Shown: positions 36,196 through 50,800 of the stretch, in pieces
Layout of the letters: every line of letters begins with the position of its first letter
Position numbering within the stretch: position 1 is the stretch's first letter
Source: Asterionella formosa
Taxonomy: Eukaryota
Length of the DNA stretch: 63,907 nucleotides
Assembly: GCA_002256025.1 (NCBI GenBank)
Contig: NKIB01013115.1
Span: 1 to 63,907 of the forward strand
Direction: 5' to 3'
The notes under the pieces: model-generated
The model's input: the letters and a program-made list of their open reading frames with translations, nothing else
Databases searched by the model: none
Told to the model about the DNA's origin: nothing
Position numbers and translations under genes: made by a program

Positions 36196-36561
36196 TGGAA
36201 GCCATCTATGTTTTTTGTTTCGAACGCATGTGCTTGTTGTTGCCTGTAAAGGATAAGCACCTGATTTTATGTAAAATTCGAGAAAATAATATTTTAATTT
36301 GCTCATTGAGTGCATGCTGCCTACTTCGTAGCCTCTATCGTAACTGGTTGGAAAGTAGTTAAGTGAGATTGTTAGGCACATCAGAGCGAGACTAGTTTTA
36401 GTGATTGAAAAATTAAAATTGTTTTTGTTTAGGTTCCATTTAGAGCAATTGTAAGAAATAATACTGCCTCACGATGCCTTATGGGTATTCTAAATCACCA
36501 TCATCCCTATACACACATTGTTACCAAAAACCTTAAACCAGCTTTTGTGAACATGTCGTTC

Positions 36562-39500
36562 TTACTTACTGCTGCGTTCCACGTAAGACCGTGCCGCGTC
36601 CTTTACATTCTCCTGTGTTTCTTCGTTGCCATGAAGTTCTTCTATACGATACCATTTTTTGAAAAGGGCCTTCATTTGCTTGTCGCTCAATTTCGTATTT
36701 GTCAACGACGTTCGATGTAGTAACACTCGCGCTGCCGCGATTTCGCCAGCCTTCACCTCCTTGTCAGCATAGACGAACAGAAGATCCATTCGTTTCTGGT
36801 ACTTCTCCAACAAGCCATCAAAGATTGTTCTTCCCCGTTCAACGCTCCCTAACTCAAACTCGAGCTGGGCAAATTTAGACATTGTCTCAACGTGCTTGTA
36901 GTTAGGAAGGCTTGTAAGCGCTCGCTTCAAAAGCGCCTGAGCTTCTTGATGACGACCTCCGTGAAGCAAGTATTTGAGATGGGCTATCCAAACAGTTTTC
37001 TTGCCTCGAAACTTCTTGCACATCTTGTTAAACATGTTGTCGGCTTCTGTTGTGCGCTCCTCTTTCTCCAACATCTCACAGGCTCGAAGGTAGACTTGCT
37101 TTGGGTTATTATTCAGACAGGCCTTATCAATAGTTTGTTGGAAGGCACCACTGCCTCCGTATTTAAGCTCCATTGTAAGTAATGCTGTCCAAACATTGAG
37201 TTTCTCACATTCTTGTCGAAAGTCTATTCGGTCGAAAGCTCTCTGCGCAGTCCGACGAGCAGACTCCAAATCTGCCAGTGAGAGGTGAAACGCCATGAAA
37301 CGGATCCAATGCTCACTCGTGTTGGGGTTCCGAACTAAAAGTCGTTCAAAATCTGCGGGCGTTTCAGGATTCTCATCAGCCGTTCCGTCTGCAAGGGCAG
37401 TCTCTCGTCGCGAGATAACTTCCTCGTCTCGGCGACGCGCCGCGGCCTTCTTTCTGGATTGATGCCCATTGCCAACTACAGCACTTTCATCGTCTTCATC
37501 TCCGACATTATCGCCATCATCATCGGAACAGTCGTCCTTTGGTTTGTCTTGATTAATTCCCCAGTCAAACCCGACATCTGTATCCATTGCTATTTTCTTT
37601 ATGCTGTGATCGACGGAGTCATTATCGCTTGTATCGTCATTATCCGACACATCGGAAGCTTCAGCCTCATTTTCATCTGTTGATCCATCCTCGTCGACGG
37701 CCCCAGCTTTGGCGGCGAGCTTTTTCATAAAGTTTTCGTCATCAGAATCCATGTCGTTCCCGCTCTCATCACTGTGATGGATGCGTTCGGAATCGCCAGT
37801 TTCCATTTCCATGTCATGAATTGAGGCGTCATCGTCTGAGTCCTCATCACCTTCAAAGTGAGACACCTTCATTGAGAATCCAATCTTCTTTCCTTCCTGG
37901 TCCTTTTTCACCACCAAGACTTTCACAAGGTCGCCCGGATCATACAAGTCTGCTAAGTTCTTGATATACTTGTCGCTGCATTCACTCTTGTGAACAAGAC
38001 CCGATACGTCGCTGTTGTTCAAACGGACAAAGACTCCATAAGCTTCAAGTCTTGTCACAGTTGCTTTGTGCTTACTTCCCAGTTCAATATAATCAAAGCT
38101 GAGCTTGCTGTCGTTGTCAAGAAGGACAGACTCGCGCATATCAATATCAATAGTTGCGTACGGTTTGTTGTATTTTTTCCCTTTCATATCGGGAAAATGA
38201 ACTTCTTTCACTTTGCCAACCACTAGTCGACCCATTGGAAACGATGCTGCAGGATCCGGAAGGAATCCATCACTAAGGTCCTTTAAAAGGACTCGACCAC
38301 GAACTCCTCGTGAAAGGCGAACGAAACATCCTTTGCGATTTGTCTCGACAACGTAAGCATGAATTGTATCTTTCACGTCAGGAAGCTCATCATCGTCGAG
38401 ATCGCCTTCAAGGCGAGATTGACGGACACTAACTTCCAACATGGGTTGCGATGGTATGCCTGCCAGCACACGACACTGGACATATCGTCCGTGTGGATAG
38501 TCGCTCATGGTCCTGGAGTAAACACAACGTGAAGAAGTTAGGACAGAGCTGTATGTCAAAATATGAGCGGTAGTTCATGGTGACCACGGGTGGGAGATGT
38601 CGTGTCACGCCACACCGACCACTTAGTTGTTATTTGCACATTTGCGTTCAACGCACTTCACAGTTCATGGTCGACATATCATGAACCGTTCCGTCTATGC
38701 CAAACGAACGAGAAATATAACTTACCGCTCTTCTGTCTCCTCGTCATCGCCTTCCACATTCAAATCTACATGTCCGCTTTCCGATAGGTTGGGCTCGTCA
38801 GTATCAATCTTCGCATTCTCATTTGGGAAGATTTTTTTGATACGACCAAGCGGCATATTGACCCAGTCGTCAGGCTCCTCTAATTCCGTAATACAACATC
38901 GTCCAGTAAAACCACCGCGAAGTTCAAGCATTAGTGCAGGTGCTCGTTGCTGTCGAAGAGAATGATTTACGCGACCAATCAACAACTCTCCCCGTAATGG
39001 CTTTAATGGAATGTCGGAATGATTGTCGGAGAGTAGGAGAGAAAGAAAAGGGATGTCAATGTTTTCTACTGAGCTTTTCTTGACATCCTCGTCATCATCA
39101 TCAAGAAGCTGGGGCATCCTTTCTCCCCATTTCTTATTCTTTTGCCATGCTTGCTTGTTCATCACGCGACATCGAAGCTTGGATCCCACAGGAAAGTAGG
39201 CCGAAAGGTCATTCAAAACGTTAACATCAGTAGTAAGCTCTAACGATGGAATAAACGCTGTAATACCAGGGCTGACCTGAACCCACAAACCACGGAGACT
39301 CTTTGGGACGGCAGTCACAATCGCATATGTCGCCATTCCAGGGTGCAATTCTGACACCGAGGCAACGTAGTCCACCACGTCCTCATCGTTTTCGACTTTT
39401 CTTGGGCCTGCCAATTCGACGTAAGTGACCCCCTTCTGAAGGTCGACTGCTACACAAGTGAGGCCAGACAGCTTTTGGCCCTTAGTCCATTGATAGAAAG

Positions 39501-42500
39501 GATGGGTCTTGTTAATCTTTTTTTCACCCTTCGACTTCATCTTCTTTGTAGCGCTTGGTGGGGGAAGTGACTCCGAATCTGTCATGGTAACATGTAACCT
39601 TGCCCGGATCTTTCCAATTGCATATTCCTCACCAAGTAGTTTTAAACTAACTCGCATAAAGTTGATATCGGTGATCTCGGCATCGCCGACAACATCACCA
39701 GGCTTAATCACCACCGTTGTGGCCCCATTGACCTCATGTGCTGACTTTCGTGTAACTGCAGGCTTCAAAAGGATCTTCATCGGGTGCGCAGTTACGTCCA
39801 GAGCAACAATCCTACAACTCACTGTCTCGTATTTAGAGAGCTCAAGTCCCTTCTTTAATTTTGGCACCAGACCAGTAAGCCCATCCAGGAAACGGACGAA
39901 TGATCCATGTCGTGGATCAGCTTGAGCCACAAAACCTTGCACATAGGCCCCCATGAAGAGGTGAGTATCTGCAGATGGCAAAACCAGAGCATGTGGGTCG
40001 TCCTTTCTTTCAACTCCCGCTTTCGCCTGGTTTTCAGCGGTTATAATCAGTTTGGGTCGCAACGAGACAATTGGCAGCTTGCCAATGCCACTAGAGTATT
40101 CATCAGAAGACCTTTTTGGGTCAGTGAGAACCAAACCCTTGCAGTTCAGCTTCATTCCAACCTTCAAGTGCCTTTTGGAGAGCTCATCCATCCCCTCCTT
40201 AGTGTCAATATCTTCCTTCTTGTAGGTATCTAGAAGTTGGTCGAAAGGCAGCTTACAATCAATGTAAGGCAACACACTCAGCTCGTTGTCATTCTTCAAT
40301 ATATATTTGGCTTTTATGCGCACAATGGCGTGGCCGGGAACAAATTCACCGTGACGTTTCTTGTCACAGCAAGCAACAACCTCGACAACCTTCATGCATT
40401 TGGGAGGAAGGATGGCACCAGCCCGAAGGATGACTTGGCCTGGCGAACAGCTCTCGACGATACCTACTTGATCAAGTTTTGGCGCGTCGACATTCAAGTT
40501 CAAGCTGAGGTTCAAGTCCCAGTAACTAGGACACTTAGTGTGACCAAAATCTTGGATGTCTTCGTCGTCTGCGTAGTCCCGCAAGTTCTTGCCGACTCGA
40601 CGCCGGCAAGATATGACTCTACATGTAACAACGTCACCCATGTTGTAATTCTCTTGAATGTTCTCAACACCAAGTTCCGCTGCCAACGATCTAGCAGTCA
40701 CTCGACCATAAACGCGATTGTAAAAGGTTACAAACACAGCGCGATCATCGATCTTGGAAATGAATCCAGTGGCCTGTTGACCAACTTGAATATTATCGTA
40801 GGAAGTCAAGCTATCCTTGCTCTTTAACAATGATTTCTTGGCCGTCAAAGTGCACTTTCTTTGTGACGCATCAAGTTCCAAGACTCTCACGTCAATCTTG
40901 TTGCCAATTGCAAATTTCTCCTTACGAAGTTTGAGACGATAATCTGATGTCATTCCTGCCTTATCAAAGAGATGATGTGAAGGAATCAATCCTTTGACAC
41001 CCATTCCAAAGTCAACCATGATGCTTCCTCCGTCCAATTGACCACAAACAGGAACAGCTCGGTAGATTTTTCCAACTTGCAAATCTGAATGTGTCAAAAC
41101 ATGAGCATCGACAATCAATGAAGCAGTGGCACAAGTTGCCACGCCTTCCATCCAATTATTGTTGCTCAAAATTCGAAGTGTATGCGCAGTTGAAGGTGCA
41201 AAGGCTTTAGCGAATTCTGCTTCCGTGACACGGTGACCGCCGTCCATGGCCTTGGAAATGTGAACATGAGCAGTTCGAACCTTGCTGGCTTCCCGGTACT
41301 CTTCATTTTTTGCGAATGGATCCAGGAGTTTGGGTTGGTCTGTATCATATTCTTCTGGAAGAGCCAACAAGGCTCCAACACTAGGATCAACATGAATGAC
41401 AGTGGCACCCTGAATGACTGTCCCAACCGCTGGAAGTCCTGTAGGTCCACGCATGGTAAAGATATGCGATTGAAGCGAGAGTCTCACCAACTTAGTTTTG
41501 GCATCGACAGCAATAATACGAGCCGGCATGTTTCGAATTTCGTCGAATACTTTCGTCTTCCATTCCATATTGGGTAGACGACCATGAGCTCGCCAATGTG
41601 CACCAAAGTGATTCCAGTCAATCGCTCCTCGAAAGACGCCACCAAGAAAACTAACACAGAGTCCATTTCGAGCCAAACTTTCTACCTTGACGTTCACCAA
41701 AGTACCCGGATTCAAGGCAGACAAAGGTGGATGAAACGTCGACGGGAGCACCATCTTGGCCATTTTAGTGTGAGACGGGAGAATCAAGGGAACAATGGCC
41801 GTCATTGACTTTTCCGGTTTTACAACAAAATCCAACACACGTCCAGGGTGAATAAATCTCTTGTTCAGGTTTTCCTTCTCCTCACCATCATCTTCATTAA
41901 GCTGATCAAATCCTTCCAGACTGTAGTCTCCTGCAATGTCATCAAACTTTAAAAAACCCTTGCGATCATTACCTAGAGACACCAGTATACCATGATCTTC
42001 CACCGATAGCACCTGCCCACGGCACGGAGCATCCAGACTGAGGTCACCTGAATTAAAGTGATGTGGTTCTATGCTCAATTGGATGCGCTTCCGACTAGTT
42101 TGAGAAGCTCCTGAACCAACCGTTTCTGTAGCAGTCTTGACAACGTAGACGGCAAGAGTTTGTCCAACGGTCAAAGCCACAGTCAGTGGATACGTCTCAG
42201 ACTGCGCAAAAATGTCACGAGATCGAGAGATGGTCTGGGTGAGTATTATGTTTGACAGAAATTGTGAAATAACGTCTTCCGACACTACGATGACTCACAT
42301 CTTTGGGAATAATGTAACCAGTCAACAAATTAGGAAGACTAACTAGGGCAAATTTGTCATTGATTTCTCGAACAATTCCCAACAATTTCGTGCCCTTGGC
42401 CAACTTTTGAAAGCTAATGGATTCAATGAGTGCTTCTTTTTGCTTTTGATTAGGTGCAACGACTCCACCTCCACCAAGTGGAAGCATCGATGTGGCTGAC

Positions 42501-42736
42501 TCGGAATTTGATGTTGTTGTCTTGCGCTTCTTCCGACTATTCTTCGCTTCTGCTGTTGTTGTTCCATGGCTTTTTTGACCAAAGAGAATATCATTTTCAA
42601 TGGCTGGCTTGTCACGTTTCTTCTTATTAATTGTACTAGCATTATTAATATTCGAACGTTCTCCTGCTTTAGAGGACTCTGTTGTTTCCGTTGTTGTTGC
42701 GGATCGACCACGAGGAAAGGAAGTGGTATCGGTCAT
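36562..42736 (-). CDS. RRP5: rRNA biogenesis protein Rrp5 (S1 repeats + C-terminal HAT/TPR); exons 42736-42299, 42201-38726, 38512-36562
   Basis: N-terminal SFPRG motif, many S1-like repeats, and FERLL..NPN.S..WI.FMAFHL...EKLNVW HAT region. GT-AG introns 42298-42202 (phase 0) and 38725-38513 (phase 2) join the ORFs in frame. Confidence 0.95.
38551..38704 (-). ncRNA. Candidate intronic box H/ACA snoRNA in RRP5 intron 2
   Basis: Hairpin (CGGTTCATG/CATGAACTG core), ANANNA hinge (ATAACA), second hairpin (AGTGGT/ACCGCT; TGGCGTGAC/GTCACCA), then an ATA/ACA tail. Confidence 0.35.
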
Positions 42737-43969
42737 GGTAACAGCATCAATATCGACATGGATGTGATCATGGAATAATAAGCAGAAGAAGATACTTCGA
42801 GACTGAGACGGTGTATGTAGGACGGAATAAAAAGCTTCACCATCATCAAGTTTTATACAAATACTACCCGGTAAATAGACGTGATCTTGATATAGGATGG
42901 GTGGCCATGAGCACAACGTCCCAACAATAGGCTATGTGACGGAGTCCAATTATTTTGTGTGGTATCATAGCTACATGTACAATAATCCTAGAATACCTGT
43001 AGCCATAAGTAAATAGTCTGCAGTACGTACTTCGTAGTGTCGTATAACCTTTTCCGGCAGCAAGTTACAGTCATTTTGCTGAAATTGATAACGTGAGGCA
43101 GGACAGGCGTTTGAATACAATGAAAATGTCACCAATTCACGTTTTTAAAATCGTCTGTATGATCACCAGTTAGTGACATAGTTTATATGTTTATTTTTTA
43201 TTCTTCAAAACAGGGAAAGAACATCAAAATACAACAATGACCGGGGCTATAGAGGGAAGATTGTAACCTCCTGGGCAGAGGAGAGATATTTGTTTTCCCC
43301 AGCAAGGTCCGGTAATCAGTAAATTGTGCATCAAATAACAATGAAGTCTCAAAACATGGGGTAATCCGTGTTCTGGCAATGTTTTCGTCGATTGCACTTT
43401 TCAACCAATAATTTAGGACAAACAAATTGCTATAAACTTATATCTAATGGCAAAACTTAAAAGCGTACTACATGCTCAGGTTTTGGGTAGAAGTTTTAAA
43501 ATCAACATATTGGCATTTATTAGGGTCAAACCGTGTTTTTCTCCTGTTCAGTCCGTTTTCTTCAACGGTTCCAAATTTCTTTTTGTGGGTCACAGCTGTT
43601 TTCTTCTCTTGTGTTTAATATTATTATTTACAATAGAATCGCAAGAATGATAACTAAATAATTTAATAGTAATGCCTTCGAAGACCAAAAGAATTATAGC
43701 ACGTTAAATTGTCTACATAAAAGACAAAAAAATAATTGGTTGTTTAAGGAAGTCAGTCAGCTGGCATCGTCATACCGGTACTTGGTACGACTTGGAGTAC
43801 AAGAGTTTCCATAATTTCTATCACTTATACCCGACAAAAAATGCATATGCGTACTGCCTCTTTTTGTACACCAGTACTTGCTATTGGGAGAAATGACAAA
43901 ACGGACACAGACAGTCAACATCCATGACGACAGAAAACCAAAATTATAAAATCAGTAACAACCACAAAC

Positions 43970-45382
43970 ATGAGGACATTCCTATTTGTTGTACTCTTAA
44001 TAACTCTAACGGGTCGGTATCTTCACATCATTTGGAAGGTGCTACCGGCAGCAGTACCAACTACCTCCATCGCTGCTGCAGTACTTAGGGATTCGGCAGA
44101 GGCAGCAAATCTGCAAGCTCTTGCTTCGACAGATATTTCCATTCTAAAAGCACGTATTGATACACTTGAACACGCACTTTCAAAGCATGCGGCTGATGCT
44201 GATGCCGATGCCGATGCTGCTGCTGCTGATCCATCCTCATCATTGAAACTTCCAACATGCGAATCACTAATGAGAAATTCCCATCTTGGCGCCGACGGAT
44301 CCTTTCTCACTCGATCACCGACTACATGGGCTCTGCGACATGACGGATCTCGAGAATTGCAACTCCCCTTGACATGTCGTCTCAAGAGATACACATCGAC
44401 ACAAGCTCGTAAGTGCTTGAATCAGCGGCACCTTGCATTTATTGGAGACTCCCTTACGAGATATCAATTCCTTAGTTTGGCTTACTTTGTGGAACGAGGA
44501 GAGTACCCACCCCGATTTGGAATATCATCGACACAACAGTGTTCCCACATCAACGAGCAAGGAATCCCCACTTGTTCTCCAGACGATGAACCAAATGTCT
44601 GCATGGAAGGGGATTGGCAAAGCTGGCAGAAATTTCATTCTGCATTAGGAGGCTCTACAGATGGAAGTATGTTTCATGGAAGAATGCAATGTGGTTGTTC
44701 CAGGAGGGATGGAGGTTCAGTTAGTGACACCACAGAGAATGCTCTGTATGTATCTGACTCAGGAATCCGAATAAGCTTTGTGAGTGAAGTGGGGTGGGAT
44801 GATATGCCGGAACCTATTCATGGATGGAATTTCACTGAATGTGCAGAGAAAGGAACCTGTCGAACTACACAAGAAGACAGTGATTTCCTGTTTAATCGTT
44901 CGAAGCAACAAGATTGGGATTGGAATGAGCCTCTGTACCAGGCACTCAATGGGACCCTTCAGCAAGTTCTACATGGAGTTGATATTGTAATTTATAATCG
45001 TGGTCTATGGGGCGTTTTGAATCAGGACTTGATCGAAACGATCATGCCCCTCATTCGCAATTGGGTCGGGGACAAAGGGCGTTGTTTTTATAAAACGACG
45101 ACAGGGGATTTAAATACTGTGAGGCCCCTTGAATTGAGCTATATCAAAGAAGCGACTTTCACAGCAGGCTGTGGGTTTTTAGACTTTGGTCACCTCGCAC
45201 AGGAATTCAATTCACTCATGTACCGTCATCCTGCTCCGCCAAAGGAGGAAAGTGGAAAGATTTGGAATTTTCAAGAATGGGGAAGTGTCTATTGGGACCG
45301 TATTCATTTCACGCCATGGGTGTATGAAGAGTTGAACAATTTGTTTCTAAATGTTTTATGCAATGGAAAAACAACGAAATAA
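43970..45382 (+). CDS. PC-esterase/SGNH-fold (NXPE/TBL-like) O-acyltransferase-like protein, copy 1 (470 aa)
   Basis: N-terminal hydrophobic anchor, short coiled coil, Cys-rich region, FIGDSLTRY catalytic-Ser motif and C-terminal DRIH (DxxH). Confidence 0.8.
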   Translation: MRTFLFVVLLITLTGRYLHIIWKVLPAAVPTTSIAAAVLRDSAEAANLQALASTDISILKARIDTLEHALSKHAADADADADAAAADPSSSLKLPTCESLMRNSHLGADGSFLTRSPTTWALRHDGSRELQLPLTCRLKRYTSTQARKCLNQRHLAFIGDSLTRYQFLSLAYFVERGEYPPRFGISSTQQCSHINEQGIPTCSPDDEPNVCMEGDWQSWQKFHSALGGSTDGSMFHGRMQCGCSRRDGGSVSDTTENALYVSDSGIRISFVSEVGWDDMPEPIHGWNFTECAEKGTCRTTQEDSDFLFNRSKQQDWDWNEPLYQALNGTLQQVLHGVDIVIYNRGLWGVLNQDLIETIMPLIRNWVGDKGRCFYKTTTGDLNTVRPLELSYIKEATFTAGCGFLDFGHLAQEFNSLMYRHPAPPKEESGKIWNFQEWGSVYWDRIHFTPWVYEELNNLFLNVLCNGKTTK

Positions 45383-45944
45383 GCTAACAAGGACAAAGAC
45401 TAGGATAGTGTTGTCCCAGCCATAATTTCTCCAACCTAGATTCATAGGTATCCACACTTCTATGTGGCACAACTCAATCATCATGATGGAATGAATTGCC
45501 GAAGAAATCTGTCGTTGTGAATACTTAAACTTAAGAAGCTGAATGTTTTGTTGTCGATGGCACTGAAAATGTCGCCCATCTCTACACTTCTGTCCCCTTG
45601 CCGCTGCGGCTATTAATATATATTAGGATTTTTGATGACATTCAAAGCATAAAGAAAGAGTGAGGAAACACAACTCATTAATTCTAGGATTATTGCTCTG
45701 TAAAAAAAACCGAGAAGATTTGCTTCTATTTCCTACACCTTGCACTAAATTTCTGGCCATCGCGGATAAATAAAAGAATAAGCAGTATATGTACACCTGG
45801 ATTTTGTATCAGAAAAAATCATCTGATTGAGTCGAACAGATCATTCTCCATCATGACAAATTCAGAATGTCTTTTCGTCGCCAATAAAATAATTATCCAC
45901 AAAAAATTTTTAGAAGAAGGGTGTACAATGTAGACAACAACAAG

Positions 45945-46490
45945 GAGACACTTTGATCATATGGGCTTACTGGTGAGGGATGACAAATGAATGATACATG
46001 CAAATATTTTTAGAATTTTACAGTGACAATGAGGATTTATTTTCAGCCGAGCAACAATGTACGCGGTTTCTTCAATTTGGGCATGAGGATGTCCATATCT
46101 CCTTTCTATGTTGTATCTTGTCATTTCCTTGGCGATTCATTCATTTCTTGGAATCATCTGCTATCGACGACAACAGGGTACCCACACTTGTAACATGTTG
46201 GTTTACTGGTGAGGGATGCATGACAAATGAATGATCTATGCAAAAAATAAATAAATTTTAGAATATTACATCGACAGTGCTCATGTCTGAAGGCCAAGCG
46301 AAAATTTACACGGTTGCGTCCATTTAGTGCATCTGGATGGTGAAATCTCAATTTTTAATGTATGTTCGTCATATGTTAGGCGATTAAATCATTTCTTGGC
46401 ATATGTTTTAGGCGATGACAGGAGACACTTGAAACATGTTGGTTTTTCGGGGAGGGATGACAAATGAATGGTTTATGCAAAACTTAATTT
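45945..46490. repeat. Degenerate ~240-bp-period repeat (3 copies)
   Basis: cactt...catgttggtttactggtgagggatgacaaatgaatga...tgcaaa recurs near 45950, 46185 and 46425. Confidence 0.7.
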
Positions 46491-47819
46491 TTATAATTTA
46501 TAATTTAAATTGAACATTTTTATAAACCAATTTGGAGGCTTGGTGCATTGACACCACACATATTGTACTGTTAGTACAATAGAGTTGTATGTCGCAATGA
46601 ATAATCCTCTATCATAAAACATATCTTGAACTTTGAAAGGCATTAGTCGTAATATCAAATAGTTTTGTCTTGTATTCACTGTTTGATTGAGAAAAATCAC
46701 ATGAAAAACCAGGAAGAGTTATCTTGCTGACAAGAACAGTTCATATTGTTTACGTGATGTTCTCAACCGTAAATTGTTGATTGTACATCCATCAATAGAC
46801 ATCACAATTATAATCACTATGAAGGTTTGTGTCATAAATGAATAATCCACAAGAGTAGGAACAAAGAAGTTGAACTTTAAACTGAATTATTTGAAACATC
46901 AACCAATGAAATTTAGCATTCGAAGTTTATCATTATAACTTCACATGAAACCGTTCAAAGTAATCTTGTTTTCGGGAAGAGTGGTATTAATTCATGTGAT
47001 GTACCTCATTATTGAAAATTCCCCGACATAGTTGAAAATTTGAAAACTCTTTTTTTTGGTTGGAATCTCAAGTATCACTGAGTGAGTGGACGAAAGAGCG
47101 GTCTGTGGTAGATTCTTCAATGGTGGATTCGATTCAGACTGTGTCCGATTTGGTCTATGAATTGGAAGGAGAATTCATGATTAATGCAAGGTAATTCAAG
47201 ACTCCACTAAAACTCCCTCGAGGGAGTAGTGAAGAGGCTGAATTTAATTTTACTCCTCACAAGCGGATGATCATTGACCTATTGTCAACAGCACTTAAAT
47301 TGCATACTTTGACCGCCTTTGTGGCGACTGTGGCTGGAAGAGAATCTCACGGAAACAGGAATCATGTTGAGCACCTCTATGAACGCCAACAACCATTTAT
47401 TTGCAAAACAACATCAGCAAGTCAAAGCCTTGGAAATCAGGATGAACGAAACAAGTGCAGAGATAGGTGTTATGTCACTGTCAATGGAAAGCCCCTTTGC
47501 TGCACCAACATTATGGGATGCTCTCTCTGACCTTGTTTTGGCAGTCAGTTCAATCGATGGCTTGTATGTGCAAGCTATGAGTGAAAACTTAAAATTAGTT
47601 TAGAGTCTTATCGAAATTCTTCCATTAGCATTGGTCGCAAGAAGTGGGAAGGTTTCTCTTTAAGGCCTGCTTTAAACAGTGTGGAATACATGTCAAGTGC
47701 TGGTGGCAGACATGATCAACAACAGGGACCCACGGGATTCTCAAGAACTGACTCAGCGTGTTCACGACTTAATTGCACCTGTATTGCATTTAGTAAAAAA
47801 TCACCTGCCTTCAAAGAAG

Positions 47820-50800
47820 TGATTCCTTTGATGTAGAAAGATGTTTCTCAATTTTACATTTGACCCAAAGATTTGCCCAAATGGCGGTGTGGAACTCACT
47901 ACGTTTAAGGACAGATTGTCGAAAGGAAGTGCTGCTACGGTTTGGAAACAATGGGAATACCAATTCATGGGGCGGAGTCTCACGTCTAGCCCGTATAACT
48001 CAGTCCAATATTTCTATTGGGCAGAGACATCCGCTTGGGGAAATCGATTAGAGGAAAACAACCCCATGCAGTGGAATGTAGTCAAATTAAATCTACCTGG
48101 CTGTGATTCATACTCTGCAGCATTGCCAACCATCATGAAATGGAAAATCAAGTCAACCGGATCGCAGGTTATGTGGTTACTTTTGTCGATGACTTAAGAG
48201 TGTCTGTTTTCAGCGTGGAAAACGCATGGCAGGTTTCCTGTCAACTGGGATCAAGGTTTCAATATTTGGGGATTCAAGATGCTCTGTGGGAAAAGACGCT
48301 TACCCTCTCAAAATCCAGGGCCATGGGCCGGAACCTTTAATGGAGCTGGGAAATTCGGAAGTTGCACTAAGAATTAACCACAAAGACCTGGAACAGAGTA
48401 GGGGATGATTCCTTGTTCAGTTGGCAATTAATATTTCGGTTATCATGCCATTCCTTAAAGGCATTCATTTGAATATGGATGCCTGCAAATAGAAAACTTC
48501 TTTTTTTGTGATATATCTTATAATGAAAAAAGTCAATTAAATTTTATAGTACATTAAAGCTATCCAATAATTGCACTTGGGCCCAAATAAATAAAATTTG
48601 TAGTACATTAATGCTATCCAATAATTGCACTCGGGCCCAAATAAACAGACAAAATTAGTACCAGTTTATTAGTCAATACGGTAAAATTGGACCTGTCTTT
48701 TCGTCAGCTGCACCCCCAGAACCCTAGGGACTACAAGAAAAAGACAGGTGGAGAATGCAGGAATCAAACACACCACTGCACAAGGGTGTGATAACTACTA
48801 AGCCATTCTCCAATGAAATATCTTATAATGATGATCAAATGATCATATAATTTCAATATGTCATCATATTATGAAAAATTTTAAGTACGTGTTCTTATAG
48901 AGCCTCGACTATAGTGGAGTTTGTTGGGTCGCACTGTGGTAAAGAAGGCCAGGATTGTAGATGTAGGACATTGGAGTCGGGAAAGTATCCCATGTGGCTC
49001 TTAGAGTGTGGAGGAGAAATTGTTTGTAACATTAATAGTTGTGATTCAGGCAAGGAGCCCATGTGGCTCTTAGAGTATGGTGAATAAATTGATTGAACAG
49101 GAAGTAATGAGTGAGAATAGAACTGACAACATAAGTTGTCAAAACAGCTTTAAAGTAGGGCTTGAGAAACTTGAATAGATATGTGATATGTTGTATGCAT
49201 TGGAAGAAAGAAAGAGAGAGAGAGAGATTGAAAAATAGATTGGAAGCAATGGAAGATAAAATTGATAATAGATCAATAATCAGAGGAATGAAAGGCTGCT
49301 GTCAAAATGAACTGATAGCTAAAGGAACTCTGGAAGTTTGTTCACATCACAGCTTATTTGATTTGCTGGTAATCAAAACGATAGGGTAAAAACAGGGATG
49401 GAAGCATATTATTGCTGGAAGGGAGGTCTTGACAGTGCTGGGATCCTTGACTTGTTCTGAAGTGTCATTGAGTAAACTCAGACAAGTGGTGACAGGCTTT
49501 GGCAATAAACAAATGAGCAATTCTTGATGAAATGATGAATCCAATGGTAGATTAGGAGTTGAGACAAGAGGAGAAGCTTGGATTGCCAATGCAGTAGAGA
49601 GATCAGAGAAAGTGAAATTCCTACAGCCTTTGGTACTACCCGATGGCAGAGAGTGTGGGCCGCAGCAATAGAAAACAGTTTCTTGGAATTTTCGGAGGGT
49701 TTTGGGGTCTTCAAGGTGACAATGAGAGGACTAGAAGTGGCAGAGAGGGACAGGAAGCTGGTGGGAGGAAGAGTAAGCAGTCTTTTGACAAATGCGCTGT
49801 TAGAGGTGCGCAAAGTAGGCGAAAGTTGTTTCCTCAAGAAGGAACAGGTGAATTTGACTAATTTTTGCTGTGGAGTGACCAGCAGGTCTAACTGACTTTC
49901 CTTCTGTTGGTCTTTTTATGGAAACCAGAGAAGATGATAAGGTCCACAATAATCTCGCCTTGACATCATGTATACTGAGGGTCGATGAGTGATCGTTCAA
50001 GTGCGCAAATGCGCTCTGTATCATCGAATTACAGCGCCGTAGAACGCCTGTACAGGGCCGTCCAGTCCCTCCTCTGTATTGTCCTCAATAGGCTCCGACA
50101 GCTTTGGTTGAGGCATCAGAGTTGATTCGAACAAAATAATGTGCATGTGTATGAGTATCAGCCGTCATGGCAGTGTCATCGAGCCAACTGATTTCCGTGT
50201 AGCAAAAGATATGGGTGGTTTGTATGAAGGCTATGTATGCTATCTTAGGGTTTCAGGGTTATAAAAAGAGGGGGACGAAATATCTATTTCCTAAATACAT
50301 TCATACATGAATTTATGTATTGTTTACGATCACACATTGAGAAAATGAATCATCTAATTTTTATTATATGATTTGTACCATATGAAACATATTGTATGAC
50401 TCCCGCTAATTAAGGGGCTTAATTACATCACAGACTTGTAGGTACAAGAATTGAAATGGAGAAAATTCAAAAACACTAAATCAGGTTGTGGAAGTTAATG
50501 ATATCCTCATGCAATCTCCGATATATTTAAATTATGTATGAGCTAAACTAATGATAGTATACACATGATGTGCAATATAAAGTGTGTCTTTGAAGCAACT
50601 TGAACTATGAAAGTGTTCAACACTATATATATATATATATTCATATATTTGAATTATGGTAAATGTATACATGGCTAGCTATTACATGTGAAATCATGCT
50701 TAAAGGTTTCTTGTCATACATAGTACCGGTTCTCATCCTGAAAAACGGTGACACCAGTAGCGTGCTTGATAGATGACATGAGTGTATTATCTCTGCTTTC

